Notes: generated by a model not told the origin, from the letters alone. 64,000 nucleotides of DNA from Tubiluchus corallicola (GCA_030141605.1 JAQGDQ010000431.1:1-64000); one strand, 5' to 3'; counted from the stretch's first letter, positions 42,471-56,504 are shown. Translations and numbers: made by a program.

Positions 42471-42859
42471 TACGGGGTCGATCACAAATGGTTCATAAGA
42501 GAACCCTCCTCCCCCATTGAATGCTGGAAAGCGCCCCCATCAAATGCTAGAGAGAGCCCACTGAGTGCTGGAGAGCCCCTCAACCGTATGACAAATGTAA
42601 GTCTATATGCCTATTAACATTCTTCGCAACAATTTTCAAGTCACGCGAATAGCTTTGGGTATCAAGGTACAAACGCAACCGCTGCGAGCAGGTAGATGAA
42701 ACTCGGAGATCTTTGAGGCAATTAAGTGGGAATTGTAGCTCAGGTGTGCCTCGGCCATATTGTATGACTAATTTGTCATGCTAGGAATATGATCACTAGA
42801 ACACAAGACAAGCGTAGGCACGTAAGACTAGTGGGAGGAAGAGTCTACCCACGAATCGA

Positions 42860-43140
42860 TATAATCTTACTTATAGGAGTTTTACACATTAGAAGGATAA
42901 AATCAACAGCAAATCCGTTATAAGCTTGTTAACTATAATGTATAACAATTACATAATCTTACTGATACTGATACGTTTATCAAAGCTATTTTGCTATTTT
43001 TGCTAACTTACTCATAGAAATTTTACACATTACAAGGAGAAAATTAACAGGCAAATCTGCTATAAGATTGTTAACTATAATGTACAGCAATTACATGATC
43101 TTACTTATTTTGATACTTTTATCAAAGTCTATTTTGCTAT
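42860..43140. repeat. ~140-bp direct duplication (2 copies)
   Basis: TTTACACATTA..AGGA.AAAAT.AACAG..AAATC...TATAAG.TTGTTAACTATAATGTA occurs twice. Confidence 0.8.
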
Positions 43141-43621
43141 TGTTTATCCATATTTAGACTACCAGAAGTTATTCGATTTTTTTCTAAAACATTAAGACTG
43201 ATACTGGGAAAATATGATAGACTAACAGAAGCCAGTGCATTTTCATTATTGTTATGCAGAGGTTGTAAAGCTTTTGGGCACAGCTTAGGATTAGTCGAGG
43301 ATGACAAATGTAACACCGAAAACCGAAAAATTAAATTTTTGAATCCCGACTAGTATTAGATGAACACAGGACAGCCTTGGAAAAATGCAACTAGTAATAG
43401 AAATAGAAGAAATATACAGACAACGTGACGAAACTGTTTTAAAAATCGTACATTACTTGGTTAGAAATAGACTAATTAGTAACTAAAATTGGTATTAGCT
43501 ATAAAATAAGCTAATGTAATTAATTAACAATGTTGCTAACAATCATTTTAATTAAATCTGCTCTAAGCTGCTGTATGTAAATTTCAATTGTGTATACAGA
43601 ACTGTTTTTGTAGTTGTAAAT

Positions 43622-45510
43622 GCCACTGAAATGTTGATGTCAACTAGTGTCCAGTGAAATGTTGATGTCAACTAGTGTCCAGTGAAATGTTGATGTCAAC
43701 TAGTGTCCTCTGAAATGTTGATGTCAACTAGTGTCCACTGAAATGTTGATCTCAACTAGTGTCCAGTGAAATGCTGATGTCAACTAGTGTCCACTGAAAT
43801 GTTGATGTCAACTAGTGTCCACTGAAATGCTGATGTCAACTAGTGTCCAGTGAAATGTTGATGTCAACTAGTGTCCACTGAAATGTTGATGTCAACTAGT
43901 GTCCACTGAAATGTTGATATCAACTAGTGTCCAGTGAAATGTTGATGTCAACTAGTGTCCTCTGAAATGTTGATGTCAACTAGTGTCCACTGAAATGTTG
44001 ATCTCAACTAGTGTCCACTGAAATGCTGATGTCAACTAGTGTCCACTGAAATGTTGATGTCAACTAGTGTCCACTGAAATGTTGATGTCAACTAGTGTCC
44101 ACTGAAATGTTGATCTCAACTAGTGTCCACTGAAATGCTGATGTCAACTAGTGTCCACTGAAATGTTGATGTGAACTAGTGTCCACTGAAATGTTGATCT
44201 CAACTAGTGTCCACTGAAATGCTGATGTCAACTAGTGTCCACTGAAATGTTGATGTCAACTAGTGTCCAGTGAAATGTTGATGTCAACTAGTGTCCACTG
44301 AAATGTTGATGTCAACTAGTGTCCACTGAAATGTTGATATCAACTAGTGTCCAGTGAAATGTTGATGTGAACTAGTGTTCACTGAAATGTTGATGTCAAC
44401 TAGTGTCCACTGAAATGTTGATGTCAACTAGTGTCCACTGAAATGTTGATGCCAACTAGTGTCCACTGAAATGCTGATGTCAACTAGTGTTCACTGAAAT
44501 GTTGATGTCAACTAGTGTCCACTGAAATGTTGATGTGAACTAGTGTCCACTGAAATGTTGATCTCAACTAGTGTCCACTGAAATGCTGATGTCAACTAGT
44601 GTCCACTGAAATGTTGATGTGAACTAGTGTTCACTGAAATGTTGATGTCAACTAGTGTCCACTGAAATGCTGATGTCAACTAGTGTCCACTGAAATGTTG
44701 ATGTGAACTAGTGTCCACTGAAATGTTGATGTCAACTAGTGTCCACTGAAATGCTGAAGTCAACTAGTGTCCACTGAAATGTTGATGTGAACTAGTGTTC
44801 ACTGAAATATTGATGCAAACTAGTGTCCCCTGAAATGCTGATGTCAACTAGTGTCCACTGAAATGTTGATGTGAACTAGTGTCCACTGAAATGTTGATGT
44901 CAACTAGTGTCCACTGAAATGTTGATATCAACTAGTATCCACTGAAATATTGATGCAAACTAGTGTCCACTGAAATGTTGATGTCAACTAGTGTCCACTG
45001 AAATGCTGATGTCAACTAGTGTCCACTGAAATGTTGATGTGAACTAGTGTCCACTGAAATGTTGATCTCAACTAGTGTCCACTGAAATGCTGATGTCAAC
45101 TAGTGTCCACTGAAATGTTGATGTGAACTAGTGTTCACTGAAATATTGATGCAAACTAGTGTCCACTGAAATGTTGATGTCAACTAGTGTCCACTGAAAT
45201 GTTGATGTCAACTAGTGTCCACTGAAATGCTGAAGTCAACTAGTATCCACTGAAATGTTGATGCAAACTAGTGTCCCCTGAAATGTTGATGTCAACTAGT
45301 GTCCACTGAAATGTTGATGTCAACTAGTGTCCACTGAAATGTTGATGTCAACTAGTGTCCACTGAACTGTTGATGTCAACTAGTGTCCACTGAAATGCTG
45401 ATGTGAACTAGTGTCCACTGAAATGTTGATGTGAACTAGTGTCCACTGAAATGTTGATGTGAACTAGTGTCCACTGAAATGTTGATGTGAACTAGTGTCC
45501 AATGAAATTT
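43622..45510. repeat. 28-bp minisatellite, about 67 copies
   Basis: Unit CCACTGAAATGTTGATGTCAACTAGTGT; period 28 (43623 to 43651); no spacers. Confidence 0.97.
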
Positions 45511-45917
45511 TGAAGTGATCAAGTCAGCGACACGCTATAGCTTGAGCATTATAAAGAATCATTCACGAGCATCTGATGAAGTCAATGAAGCAATAAACTT
45601 GCTCTGAGAGCAATCCCGTCCTACTTAAGCGAAGTATTAGGGTCGGAAGAGTGTGCTTATTCGGGCTAATACGTTTCCGCACGAATAATACTGATAGAGA
45701 AAATCCAGCGGCTTACCCAAGCCTTAGCAGCCTTTGAAGCCATACCTAGACAACTCGTTACCATAAGTGATTTGAATAAACAAAATAGCGTTTTGGGATT
45801 TTGCTAATGCAGGTCTAAAACATGTTTGAGAGTCGTGTAACGCGTCATTAACGGGTAGATAAAGCAAGTCTAGCAGAGAGAATCATAAAGAAATTGAATA
45901 CACCGTTAAAGTTTAAA

Positions 45918-46690
45918 TCCCGGTTCCCAACCTTTTGGACTCCACGTACCTTTTATACTATCTCCTGGTACCACTTCGCCCGCCATCAGGGGCGTATTTA
46001 CCAATAGGCTAACTAAAATACGGCCTAAGGCGCCAAAGTTTGAGGGACGTCACAATTTAAAAAATATATTATCCTCCGAAAATATGTATACTTTCATATT
46101 CATGTAAAGGACACATTTTACAATACACCACGGGCAGTTGCTGAGCGCTGCTTTTATTTAAATGCTACATAACGAACAGGGGCAAGGTTTACACAACAAG
46201 CAGTTGTGCAGCCTGCTTAAATATAAGCGCTATGCAGATACATGTAAGTAGTAATGACCACGTCGAAACTAGGTTAATACTATAAAAACAACCAGAAATT
46301 CACAATAGAGATGGGCCGGACAGAACTGTCAACCTAGGGCATAGTAAAGTTTTGATACGCCCCTGCCCGCCATAAGCAAAATGAAGAACCAACAGTGATG
46401 TAATGTCACGAATATTTTCATTATGTATATTATACGTACTGCTTCAATCAAGCTCACTAACAGAGAATTCAATGAGATGGATGCTGTAACTTAGCAGAAA
46501 ACTAACCCTTTGAATCGCGGTTCAGTTTTCGACAGACTAACTCTCACGTCTCCGCGGATGTCAAGGCGGTTTCGGGCTTTTGTGTTGATTTTCACCATGG
46601 TTGAAAAACTTGCTTTACACAGGTAGCTGGTTACTAACCTAACTAGAACAGATATGGCTTCTCGAGTTACGGTTACATTGACACTTTCGA
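45918..46690 (-). mobile_element. hAT Charlie/Buster-type transposon 3' remnant, with the transposase C-terminus at 46469-46680
   Basis: Minus strand REAISVLVRLVTSYLCKASFSTMVKINTKARNRLDIRGDVRVSLSKTEPRFKGLV/SAKLQHPSH* (one frameshift) matches the Charlie/Buster C-terminal pattern TYLCExxFS..KTK.RNRL..Q..PSH*. Terminal AAAAGGTTGGGAACC motif at ~45921-45936. Confidence 0.85.
45987..46365. mobile_element. hAT MITE family C, nested in the Charlie remnant
   Basis: TIR CAGGGGCGTAT / ATACGCCCCTG. Perfect 8-bp TSD CCCGCCAT at 45979-45986 and 46366-46373. Confidence 0.93.
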
Positions 46691-46899
46691 CTGTTTTTTA
46701 TCCTGTTTACTACTTGCAATATCAAACAATGTCTTGTGTTTCCATCCGCGGCGCACGTGGTCATGGCGAGTTGCGCAGAGCGGCAAAACGGGACGTCTTC
46801 GATACTTGTGCGCGTTGTCAGTTTTTGTTGCGCTCATCAGCTAATCTGGGTACGATGTTTTATGATCTTTAGGCAGCGGTAAGTGTGCGGGTGTTTGGC

Positions 46900-47070
46900 G
46901 TAGTGCTCGGTTAACTGTGCAGGAAAACGGTCGCTGAAAGCTTTACAGTGGACATGGGTCTAGACACTCGACCAAAACCCATGAATTGTTGGCACAGACG
47001 GGGCCACTACCCCCTCCCCCGCGTCCCCTCTTTCGTCGAGCCTGCTCCTCGCTACAGTCATTCAAACGCG
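46900..47070 (-). pseudogene. Possible decayed L2/Rex1-type endonuclease fragment
   Basis: RKRGRGG...CANNSW...RPF resembles RGGG.C.YINNSWC...RPFYLP; short and frameshifted. Confidence 0.3.
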
Positions 47071-47277
47071 AGTGAATTAGATGATGACTTTTCTCCAGCA
47101 TCCATAGTGGAACTCTCGTAAACACTTCTGCTGAAACCAAAGCATGTTTAACTTTACTAGTAACATCCAGTAAATAGGTTTGATTTGACAATTTTTACTG
47201 AGATTCTTCCGCCTTTATTATCTTCTTTACCATAAGTGCATTGCGCTTTATTGAAAAATGATAAACAAAACAAAACT

Positions 47278-47920
47278 GAAGAGAAACGACGAGAAGAGAA
47301 GAGAAGGGAAGGGAAGGGAAGGGAAGGGAAGAGAAGAGAAGAGAAGAGAAGAGAAGAGAAGGGAAGGGAAGGGAAGGGAAGGGAAGGGAAGGGAAGGGAA
47401 GGGAAGGGAAGGGAAGGGAAGGGAAGGGAAGATAAGGGAAGGGAAGGGAAGGGAAGGGAAGGGAAGAGAAGGCAAGGGAAGGAAAGGAAAGGAAAGGAAA
47501 GGAAAGGGAAGAGAAGAGAAGAGAAGAGAAGAGAAGAGAAGAGAAGAGAAGAGAAGAGAAGAGAAGAGAAGAGAAGAGAAGAGAAGAGAAGAGAAGAGAA
47601 GAGAAGAGAAGAGAAGAGATGAGAAGAGAAGAGGAGAGAAGAGAAGAGAAGAGAAGAGAAGAGAAGAGAAGAGAAGAGAAGAGAAGAGAAGAGAAGAGAA
47701 GAGAAGAGAAGAGAAGAGAAGAGAAGAGAAGAGAAGAGAAGAGAAGAGAAGAGAAGAGAAGAGAAGAGAAGAGAAGAGAAGAGAAGGGAGGGAAATGGAA
47801 GGGAAGGGAAAAGAAGGAAAGGGAGGAGAGGAGAGGAGAGGAGAGGAGAGGAGAGGAGAGGAGAGGAGAGGAGAGGAAGAACAGAATACAACAGAACAGA
47901 ATAGAACAAAACAAAACAAA
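47278..47920. repeat. Pentamer polypurine tract (GAAGA/GAAGG/GAGAG)n
   Basis: Visible in sequence. Confidence 0.97.
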
Positions 47921-48332
47921 ACCCATGATTACGATAACCCACGTTATTTCCACGTGAACTTGTTTCAATGGACCTGAAAAATATTGTGAGTCAAAAGTGT
48001 ACATCTGACCGCATTGCTGACATCTTGTTTCACCAGTTTAAAACACACTCAATTTTCTCTACACTTGTGCACGCTGGACATGTTAGTCATTTCCTGTAAT
48101 TAATTTCACTGCTAATAGAGATGCAATATGTACGTAGACCTAAATGTTTACTTACTTATATGCAGATTTATCGCTAACAACATTGCAATAGCCACATGGC
48201 GTAAGACAAGCCGTCTTGTTCAAAGGTAATTCACTAATCATACGAAAAAACTAAAGATGCTAAACTGAACTTAGTTTTTTAGATTAGATTAGATTTTAGA
48301 TTATTATATTTGCTTATTTCGGATTAATACTA

Positions 48333-49052
<720 letters not shown>

Positions 49053-49413
49053 CAGCATAAAAGCTACAAAAACATAAAAACGTTAAAATAAAATTCTATA
49101 ATAAAAGTTACACAAAAATACTATTATATACGTTCTGTAAAAAGCATTCGTATCTACCACGCTCAAGGATTATTGTTTACAAACAAGCTGTTATTTCACA
49201 TCTTAAAATAACAAGATTGTATGTTTCGTACGGAGTTCACAATAGTTAGTAGATGTTTATTGTTCACAAATTCTAATAATCGTTTTTTTATATACTGTAA
49301 CAGGCTTTCCTGCAAAGGTGTGAAAATGTGGCAAAGTTAGATATACACACATGCCGGAACCACTACATTCATATGGTAATTTAAACAGTTTGCTAACACC
49401 ATTGTTTTACGAA

Positions 49414-49726
49414 GATCGTGAAAATGTCAAAGGTTAAGCGTATCAGACAACTCATTTGTGTACACTTGACAACGCCTCGCAGCCAATGCTGTTGTAATAG
49501 TAACAGTTTAACAACTAGCTGGAACCTTACCTAGTTCATTTTTTCTTGTTTCTAAGCAAGATCCTGCAAAGACTAATACATAATTAATTAAAGTCCACGA
49601 AAACAACTGAAGTTATTGAACTGGGCTTTGCTTTACTCGCATCTCACGTGACGGATGTAGTTAAGACGCGTTGCTGTGTTCCCCCTAACTGCGCGTGCGC
49701 ACAACGAAACTGTGAAAAGGCTTATT
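49414..49726 (-). mobile_element. MITE family A
   Basis: Ends GCGCACAACGAAACTGTGAAAAGGCTTATT. Confidence 0.85.
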
Positions 49727-50419
49727 AATACTGTTAAAGACATTTCGGAATGTTGTTATGGCTTTTAATGGTATTACCTAGAGAGATAGTCGAAGTTAAG
49801 AAGCGTTGTTGAGTACACTTAACCTTTGACCTACAGCAACTGCGCGTGCGCACAACAAAACTGCGAAAAGGCTTATTATTATGAAGTTAGAAACTGTTAG
49901 TTGAATGAGTTTGGCTTCTAAGCAGATCTATTTCGCATGCACTCATCGCATGATTATGCGTGCCTTAATTTATTGCATTGCAAAGAATACGCCAAGTTGT
50001 TTATATTCGCCAGAAATTTGTTTATTTGACGCTCTCAACTGTGGAAGCTTCAGTGTGCATACGACTCGTGTAGAAGACCATCTTGAAATAGTTAACACAA
50101 TTTACTTTGGACAAATAAATGTATGTGACTCTAGGAGATAACATACAGTGAAGTTTCCTCCCTGAGCGATGGTCAGACTACATAAAGGTTCTTTCACATT
50201 TATTCAGAAATGTTACTACATTTAAAGAAAAGGAAAAGTCATTCAGTATGTCCGGTTTATTTTTCTGTTAACACTTAAACTTAGAAAAATATAACAAAGA
50301 AATTTGCAAAGAACTGCCTATACAGCATAAATTTAAAATATACTACGTCTGAATGGAAATGATGTTCAGACGTGGCGTTTGCCGCCATTCACTTGAAATT
50401 CAGGTATCGTATTATTATT

Positions 50420-51295
50420 ATTAAAGCCTTCACCTTTAGTTGTGTGAACTCACTTATTTCTACTGTTAGAGCTTTCGCCTTGAGTTGTGTGAGCTCACGT
50501 ATACCTACTATTAGAGCCTTCACCTTGAGTTGTATGAGCTCACATATATCTACTATTAGAGCCTTCACCTTGAGTTGTATGAGCTCACATATATCTACTA
50601 TTAGAGCCTTCACCTTGAGTTGTATGAGCTCACATATATCTACTATATGAGCCTTCACCTTGAGTTGTATGAGTTCACATATATCTACTATTAGAGCCTT
50701 CACCTTGAGTTGTGTGAGCTCACATATATCTACTATTAGAGCCTTCACCTTGAGTTGTATGAGCTCACATATATCTACTATTAGAGCCTTCACCTTGAGT
50801 TGTATGAGCTCACATATATCTACTATTAGAGCCTTCACCTTGAGTTGTATGAGCTCACATATATCTACTATTAGAGCCTTCACCTTGAGTTGTATGAGCT
50901 CACATATATCTACTATTAGAGCCTTCACCTTGAGTTGTGTGAGCTAACATATATCTACTATTAGAGCCTTCACCTTGAGTTGTATGAGCTCACATATATC
51001 TACTATTAGAGCCTTCACCTTGAGTTGTATGAGCTCACATATATCTACTATTAGAGCCTTCACCTTGAGTTGTATGAGCTCACATATATCTACTATTAGA
51101 GCCTTCACCTTGAGTTGTGTGAGCTAACATATATCTACTATTAGAGCCTTCACCTTGAGTTGTATGAGCTCACATATATCTACTATTAGAGCCTTCACCT
51201 TGAGTTGTATGAGCTCACATATATCTACTATTAGAGCCTTCACCTTGTGTGAGCTCACGTATATCTATTATTAGAGAGTTCACCTTGAATTGTGT
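50420..51295. repeat. 45-bp minisatellite, about 19 copies, abutting a truncated B1 MITE (50222-50400)
   Basis: Unit ATTAGAGCCTTCACCTTGAGTTGTATGAGCTCACATATATCTACT. Confidence 0.97.
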
Positions 51296-51685
51296 TTTTA
51301 TACTTTGAAATTGTTGGGAAGCCAACAACTATTAGTAACACTAAGATGTTATTTTATCAACTTTATTAAGGCTTCATGGTTTTATAAGTCTTCCACTCGT
51401 TAAGTGGGAATTTTGGCTGTAACATTAAATCAAAATCAATAAAAAAAACAAACTTTAAATCACGAATTAATATATTTTAGTAAAAACAGGTAGTTGTATT
51501 GTAAAATACATATTTTGTCTTTTGAAAAGCGAAATTTAAAATTTTATTAATTCATTTTATTTACGAGTTTCAGATGACAAGTTAAAGGAAAAAGTAGTCC
51601 AGTACCTAAATAACACTCCGCGAGTACAGAGAATTTTGTTTTTGTGTTAAAGTATTTTCTGTTTTAATTTAACAAAAAAAGAAAA

Positions 51686-52235
51686 ACACAAGAAAAGGGG
51701 TACCTGAAGTAGGTTTCAGAAAAATGACCTTAAAAATTATAGACTTTGCAGCAATTTTATGCATATATCGTACTCGTGTTAAAAAGAATTTTTGTTTGTT
51801 TTCATTTTAAATCTTCCGCAATACTGTTCCGACCGTTACATGACGTCATATACGCACGACGTAAATCAGAGAAGAAAAGGCAATGCTAAATTATGTCCCA
51901 AAAAACTTTCCATGTAAATCTATATTACCTACCTTATATTACCTATATAACATTTCGCTTACCTGCTGGAAAGACTTATGTAACTAGAAAAGAAAATTAT
52001 TAATTATTTAAAATGTTTCACCAATTGGTAAAATGTCGTTGACTCACCTTCCAGGGTGCACCACTCACTAACCGAAAAACACCTTTTTAATCTTATTGGC
52101 AAGATACAGTAATTTAAAATTTTACTTAGTTAGTGATGTGTGCGCTACGAATGCTTTACAGAATGTTATCCAAACTTGCTTCAAATGACATCGTCAAAAT
52201 GGTCATCGTGGGAATTTAAATTTATAAGTTTTATC
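51686..52235 (+). mobile_element. MITE family B4, truncated
   Basis: AGAAAAGGGGTACCTGAAGTAGGTTTCAGAAAA onward; homologous to 27934-28610. Confidence 0.82.
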
Positions 52236-52594
52236 AATAACTGGAGAATATCAAAAAACAAATAACGCTCTAGACTCATTATAAGTGTCTATACTATAAA
52301 AATACACTACTTGTACGGAAACTTACATGGCAAAAAAGCTAGCATGAAAGTAGCAAAAAGTATCAAAAAGTATTAAAATTCACTATATTTCATAAGTCAC
52401 CATCGTGTCATCATGTACACAAATTTGTAGATATGTAATGTAGTATTTTACTGTTTTCAGTCTATTGTTTTTTAATTTAGATTAACTGACACAATTGCAC
52501 ACATCAGTCTGTCACTCTCTGGTTATACACTAATTTTGTGTATGATGTAACTTGTTTTATTCTGCACTAGTGTATCATTTTTGCAATAAAGATT

Positions 52595-52626
<32 letters not shown>

Positions 52627-53228
52627 GAGCAAAAATGTCAAATTTGTTGTTTATACTTACCTTTGCTTTTTGACTTCAGATCAATGTAGGTATCCTCAAC
52701 GTTGCTTCATTCGAGTCATCTTTAACTCCTGGTCAAATAGATAAATTTGAATTTTTTTTGTACGATTTTTCAAATTTGAACAAATAAACAACTTTCAAAT
52801 CAGCTGCTAAATCAATAACGTTTGATTTAAAATTTGGAACGATTTTCCTTTAAAGAGTAACACCCACACTAGTAGCTGTTCATTGTTAAAACAGCGACTG
52901 TTAAGCACAGATCTCTCTGATGCAGTGACTTACATACTATGTGCGCATGCTCGGTAACTTCATGCTGTTTCGTCCACTGGCTTCGTGACTTCATGTGAGA
53001 AGGTGCGCGCTTTGCAAAATCGAACACAGATCAATCGTCACTAGAATCTACTAAATTTCAGCATCATTTCTCACTCATCCGAGTTTTGATCATAAACACT
53101 TACTGAACAAATTTAATATCAACTGAAGCAAACTAACAGTTTACATGGTTAGATTATAGGAAGAACTGACAGGATTCTATACGCTGGTAAAGCTTAAAGC
53201 ACTAGAAAACCCTTTGCTTACACAAATA

Positions 53229-53870
53229 TTAAAGGAAGACAGGATGAAAACTACCTAGCACAATTAATACTGCAAAAGCGTTTCTGATAATTAAATAATA
53301 GATTAAAAACTTACTTAACGGCAGGTGATCCCAACTATTATTATTATTATTATTATTAAGAGTTTATTTCATATAAAAATATACAGTTTACAAAGATAAA
53401 GATGTTAGTAAAAAAGGTAATGCGATATTAGTAAAGTAACATATCTACAGACATTCAACTTTATAATTGATGACATCACAAACTAACATAATTTTCAACG
53501 GCAAAAATATTCCACGAGCGTGTTGCACGTGTTTCCGAAAGCGAAAATTGAAGTACGGTGCTACTGTAAGGTATTCAGTGTGTTGTACTAAAACTAGGCA
53601 AGTTTTAAAATAAAAATTCAAATTTCAAATTTATCGCTGTGCTCACGCATGAGCTGTCGAACGTGTGTAGTTCCTCACAAACTAGCACATCTGAAGTGAG
53701 AGGTACGGCGAAATGCATGACGAAATATAACTAGTGGCGCGAACGTGAAATTGTGTTTGTGTAGTATTCATTTTTCGCATAAGTGATTTTTGAAAAAATA
53801 ATATGCTTCCTTTCAATATCTTAAAACTAGATTGTGTTGATCTACAGTTTAAGATACGGTTCGGTTTTGC
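53229..53870 (+). mobile_element. MITE family B2
   Basis: Starts TTAAAGGAAGACAGG; ends CGGTTTTGC. Confidence 0.82.
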
Positions 53871-55429
53871 AAAATTGCAAACAAGATACCTAAAAGTCAC
53901 TATACACTGTCGTGAACGCTTGGTACAGACCTCAAGTCAAGTCCTGGACTAACAAACATGTGAACTTCATTAAGAAATCCTGTTTTTACCAACACGCCAT
54001 CTTCTGGTCTTCGCTGAGTAATTACAAGTTGGCAAAACTGATTGGTGTAATCCGAGCTGGCACAGATTGGAATGAACTGCCTCGTATAGACCACGAGATG
54101 GTACCGAGGCAAAATCTCGAGTTATAGCAAAGAATCCACAGTTCGAAAGGATGTCAGTGGAACTTAGCTTACTGTTATCCCTAATGATAGGTGAGGTTAA
54201 CAGACGCGTGGTCACGGTGTGCGGTTAGTGACAGAAGAAGTCGGTCATTTTATGCATGACAAACCTTGTATGGGATCGAAGTTGGTTGATTTATCACTCC
54301 GCATAGGTCTGTTTCAGAAAGCCTATCACAAATAATCATCAACATCTGTTAGCATAGCAAAGACTATTGTAATTAGAAATTTTCACAAGTTTGTTGTACT
54401 CCTCAGAGCAGCAAAAATTAACCAATACAATTTGTTATTTATTACGTGTGTTTTTTAGCTCTATAGCTGTAATGTTATAGCTCCCATTTTGTACTTTTGT
54501 ATTTTGTTGTTGGTTTGTTGTATGTATGTAATAATAGTATAATGTATTTGCCAATAATAAAAACTATCAAGTTACAATAATCTTTCCATTTATTTTACTA
54601 ACATACTAACCATAAGCTTTACATATTTACAAAATTTTAATCACAAACTGTCATAATTATCTTCATAAACATTCCCATTTTGCCCTCTAGGTGGCTCCGT
54701 TCGCTGCGGCTTCCTTGGTCTCCCTAAACATGCATAATCTAATGTTGTTGTTTATGTAAATAAGTTGACAAACATACACATTATTGGTAATATCTATTTT
54801 ATGTATCATCATTGTAAAATCTATTGTAAAACTGTTGTTGTGTTAATTCAAATAAATTGAAATTGGAAGAAGAGCAACGCCGAGTTTGCTCTGCAAATGG
54901 ATGGACAGTTTCTGCCCACAACATCGGTTGTAAATCTCGGTTATTTACCAGATTATTGAGGGAAGGCGCAGGCGCAGTCTAACGAGGCTAATTAAGACCC
55001 CTCTCTCGGGTCTGCTTGTCATTATACAGATTATTTTTGATAATTTGCTACATTCCTGTCCTCCCAGAATCACGTAAACTAACTATGCCTGTCTTTGAGC
55101 GTTGTACACTAGCTTGCAAAGTGACAAGTTGTGTAAAAAATCATCCCAGAGCATCAGCCTCTGCTGCCCTCTTCATGAATCTCCATCCTGATATTATTAA
55201 TAAGTGGTTCGATGGATAATTCTATAACCTCCCCGTGAGCACCACGCGTTGAAAAGAATTTTTACTAGTGCAGCACATGCGTAATTTATTATCTGCTAGG
55301 ATGTACGTAGATTTTTATTATGAGAAGCTTTTCACGAGGCCCCCATCAGATTCCAACCTTCAGCACCAAGGAGAGGGGTTCAGGCGGTACTTTGCTACAG
55401 GGCCCGTGAAGCGCCGGAGCCCATAAATA

Positions 55430-56056
55430 TTAAAGGAAGACGGGTTTTATCTTTCATAAGCTACCCCATTTTCAAGTCCCATAAAAAATACATATTTTAA
55501 CACAAATAACACTGTAAAAGCGTTTCTGATAATTAAATAATAAATTTAAAACTTAATTAACGGCGTGCGAACCCAAATAGTGATGACATCACAAACTAAC
55601 ACAATTTTCGATATCAAAAATATTCCACGAGCGTGTTGCACGTGTTTGAGAAAAGGAAAATTGAAGTACAGTGCTACTGTAAAATATTCAGTGTGTTGTA
55701 ATAAAACTAGGCAAGTTTTAAGATAAAACTTCAATTTTAAAATTTACCGCTGTGCTCCCGCGTAAGCCGTCGAACGTGTGTAGTTCATCACAAACAAACA
55801 TATGTGAACTGAGAAGTGCCACACCTGTTTTTTATGCAATGCGTTTCTGAAATACCCACGCTAGTACCCGTCTAACTAGCGAATGGCAAAATGCAAGTAA
55901 CAGTGAAAAACTAGTGGCGCGAACGTGAAATTGCGTTTGTGTGGTAATAATTCTTTCACGTAAGTCACTTTTGAAAAAATGGTATGTTTCTTTCAATATT
56001 TTAAAGCGCAGATTGTTTTGACCTACAGTTTAAGATTAAGTCCGGTTTTGCTTTAA
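55430..56056 (+). mobile_element. MITE family B2, complete
   Basis: TTAA|AGGAAGAC ... CCGGTTTTGCT|TTAA. Confidence 0.88.
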
Positions 56057-56084
56057 ATTTTGTTCATTGTATGATCAGTATTCG

Positions 56085-56275
56085 TGTTGATCCTGCTACT
56101 GTTGCTTCTGCAGAGAGCTCATTCAGCAAACTAAAGCAGGTTAAAAACTTCCTTGGACCCACAATGACACGGGGACGATTAGTAGACCTGGCAAGATTGA
56201 GTATTGAAGCTGAACTTGCAAGGAAGATCAATTTTGATGAAGTTATTCGTTGTTTTGCTGGGAAAAAGCAAGAAA
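56085..56275 (+). pseudogene. hAT transposase C-terminal dimerisation-domain fragment (Tip100/ZMYM1-like)
   Basis: PATVASAESSFSKLKQVKNFLGPTMTRGRLVDLARLSIEAELARKINFDEVIRCFAGKK matches the pattern TVASAERSFSKLK.IK.YLRSTM.Q.RL..LA.LSIE....IDF..VI..FA..K. Degenerate hAT-like ends at ~55361 and ~57750. Confidence 0.9.
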
Positions 56276-56504
56276 AGCCACTTTATTTAGCTGGAAATTT
56301 ACATCGTTTGTTATTTGAAAGTACAGTAGTAAACCAAACCAAAGGAAATGATTCTTATTAGCACTCTGTCTACGTTAGATTCGGAGTATGTATTCTCTAG
56401 CCGAGATAATAATGCTATAAATGCTTTTGCAAATCTTATCTCGGATGAATTCTTATCGTCTTTCGCCCGTATATAAACAGTCTGAAATTCTACAACTCGC
56501 GTCG

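Noticed and set aside
43622-45510. CRISPR-like array of 28-bp partly palindromic repeats
   Set aside because: Units are contiguous with no unique spacers, there are no cas genes, and the context is eukaryotic.
46800-46850. Minus-strand CTGATGA-GCGC...GCGC as a hammerhead
   Set aside because: No GAAA immediately after the putative stem II.
47157-48004. LLFSS/EEKRR repetitive ORFs
   Set aside because: Translations of a pentamer microsatellite.
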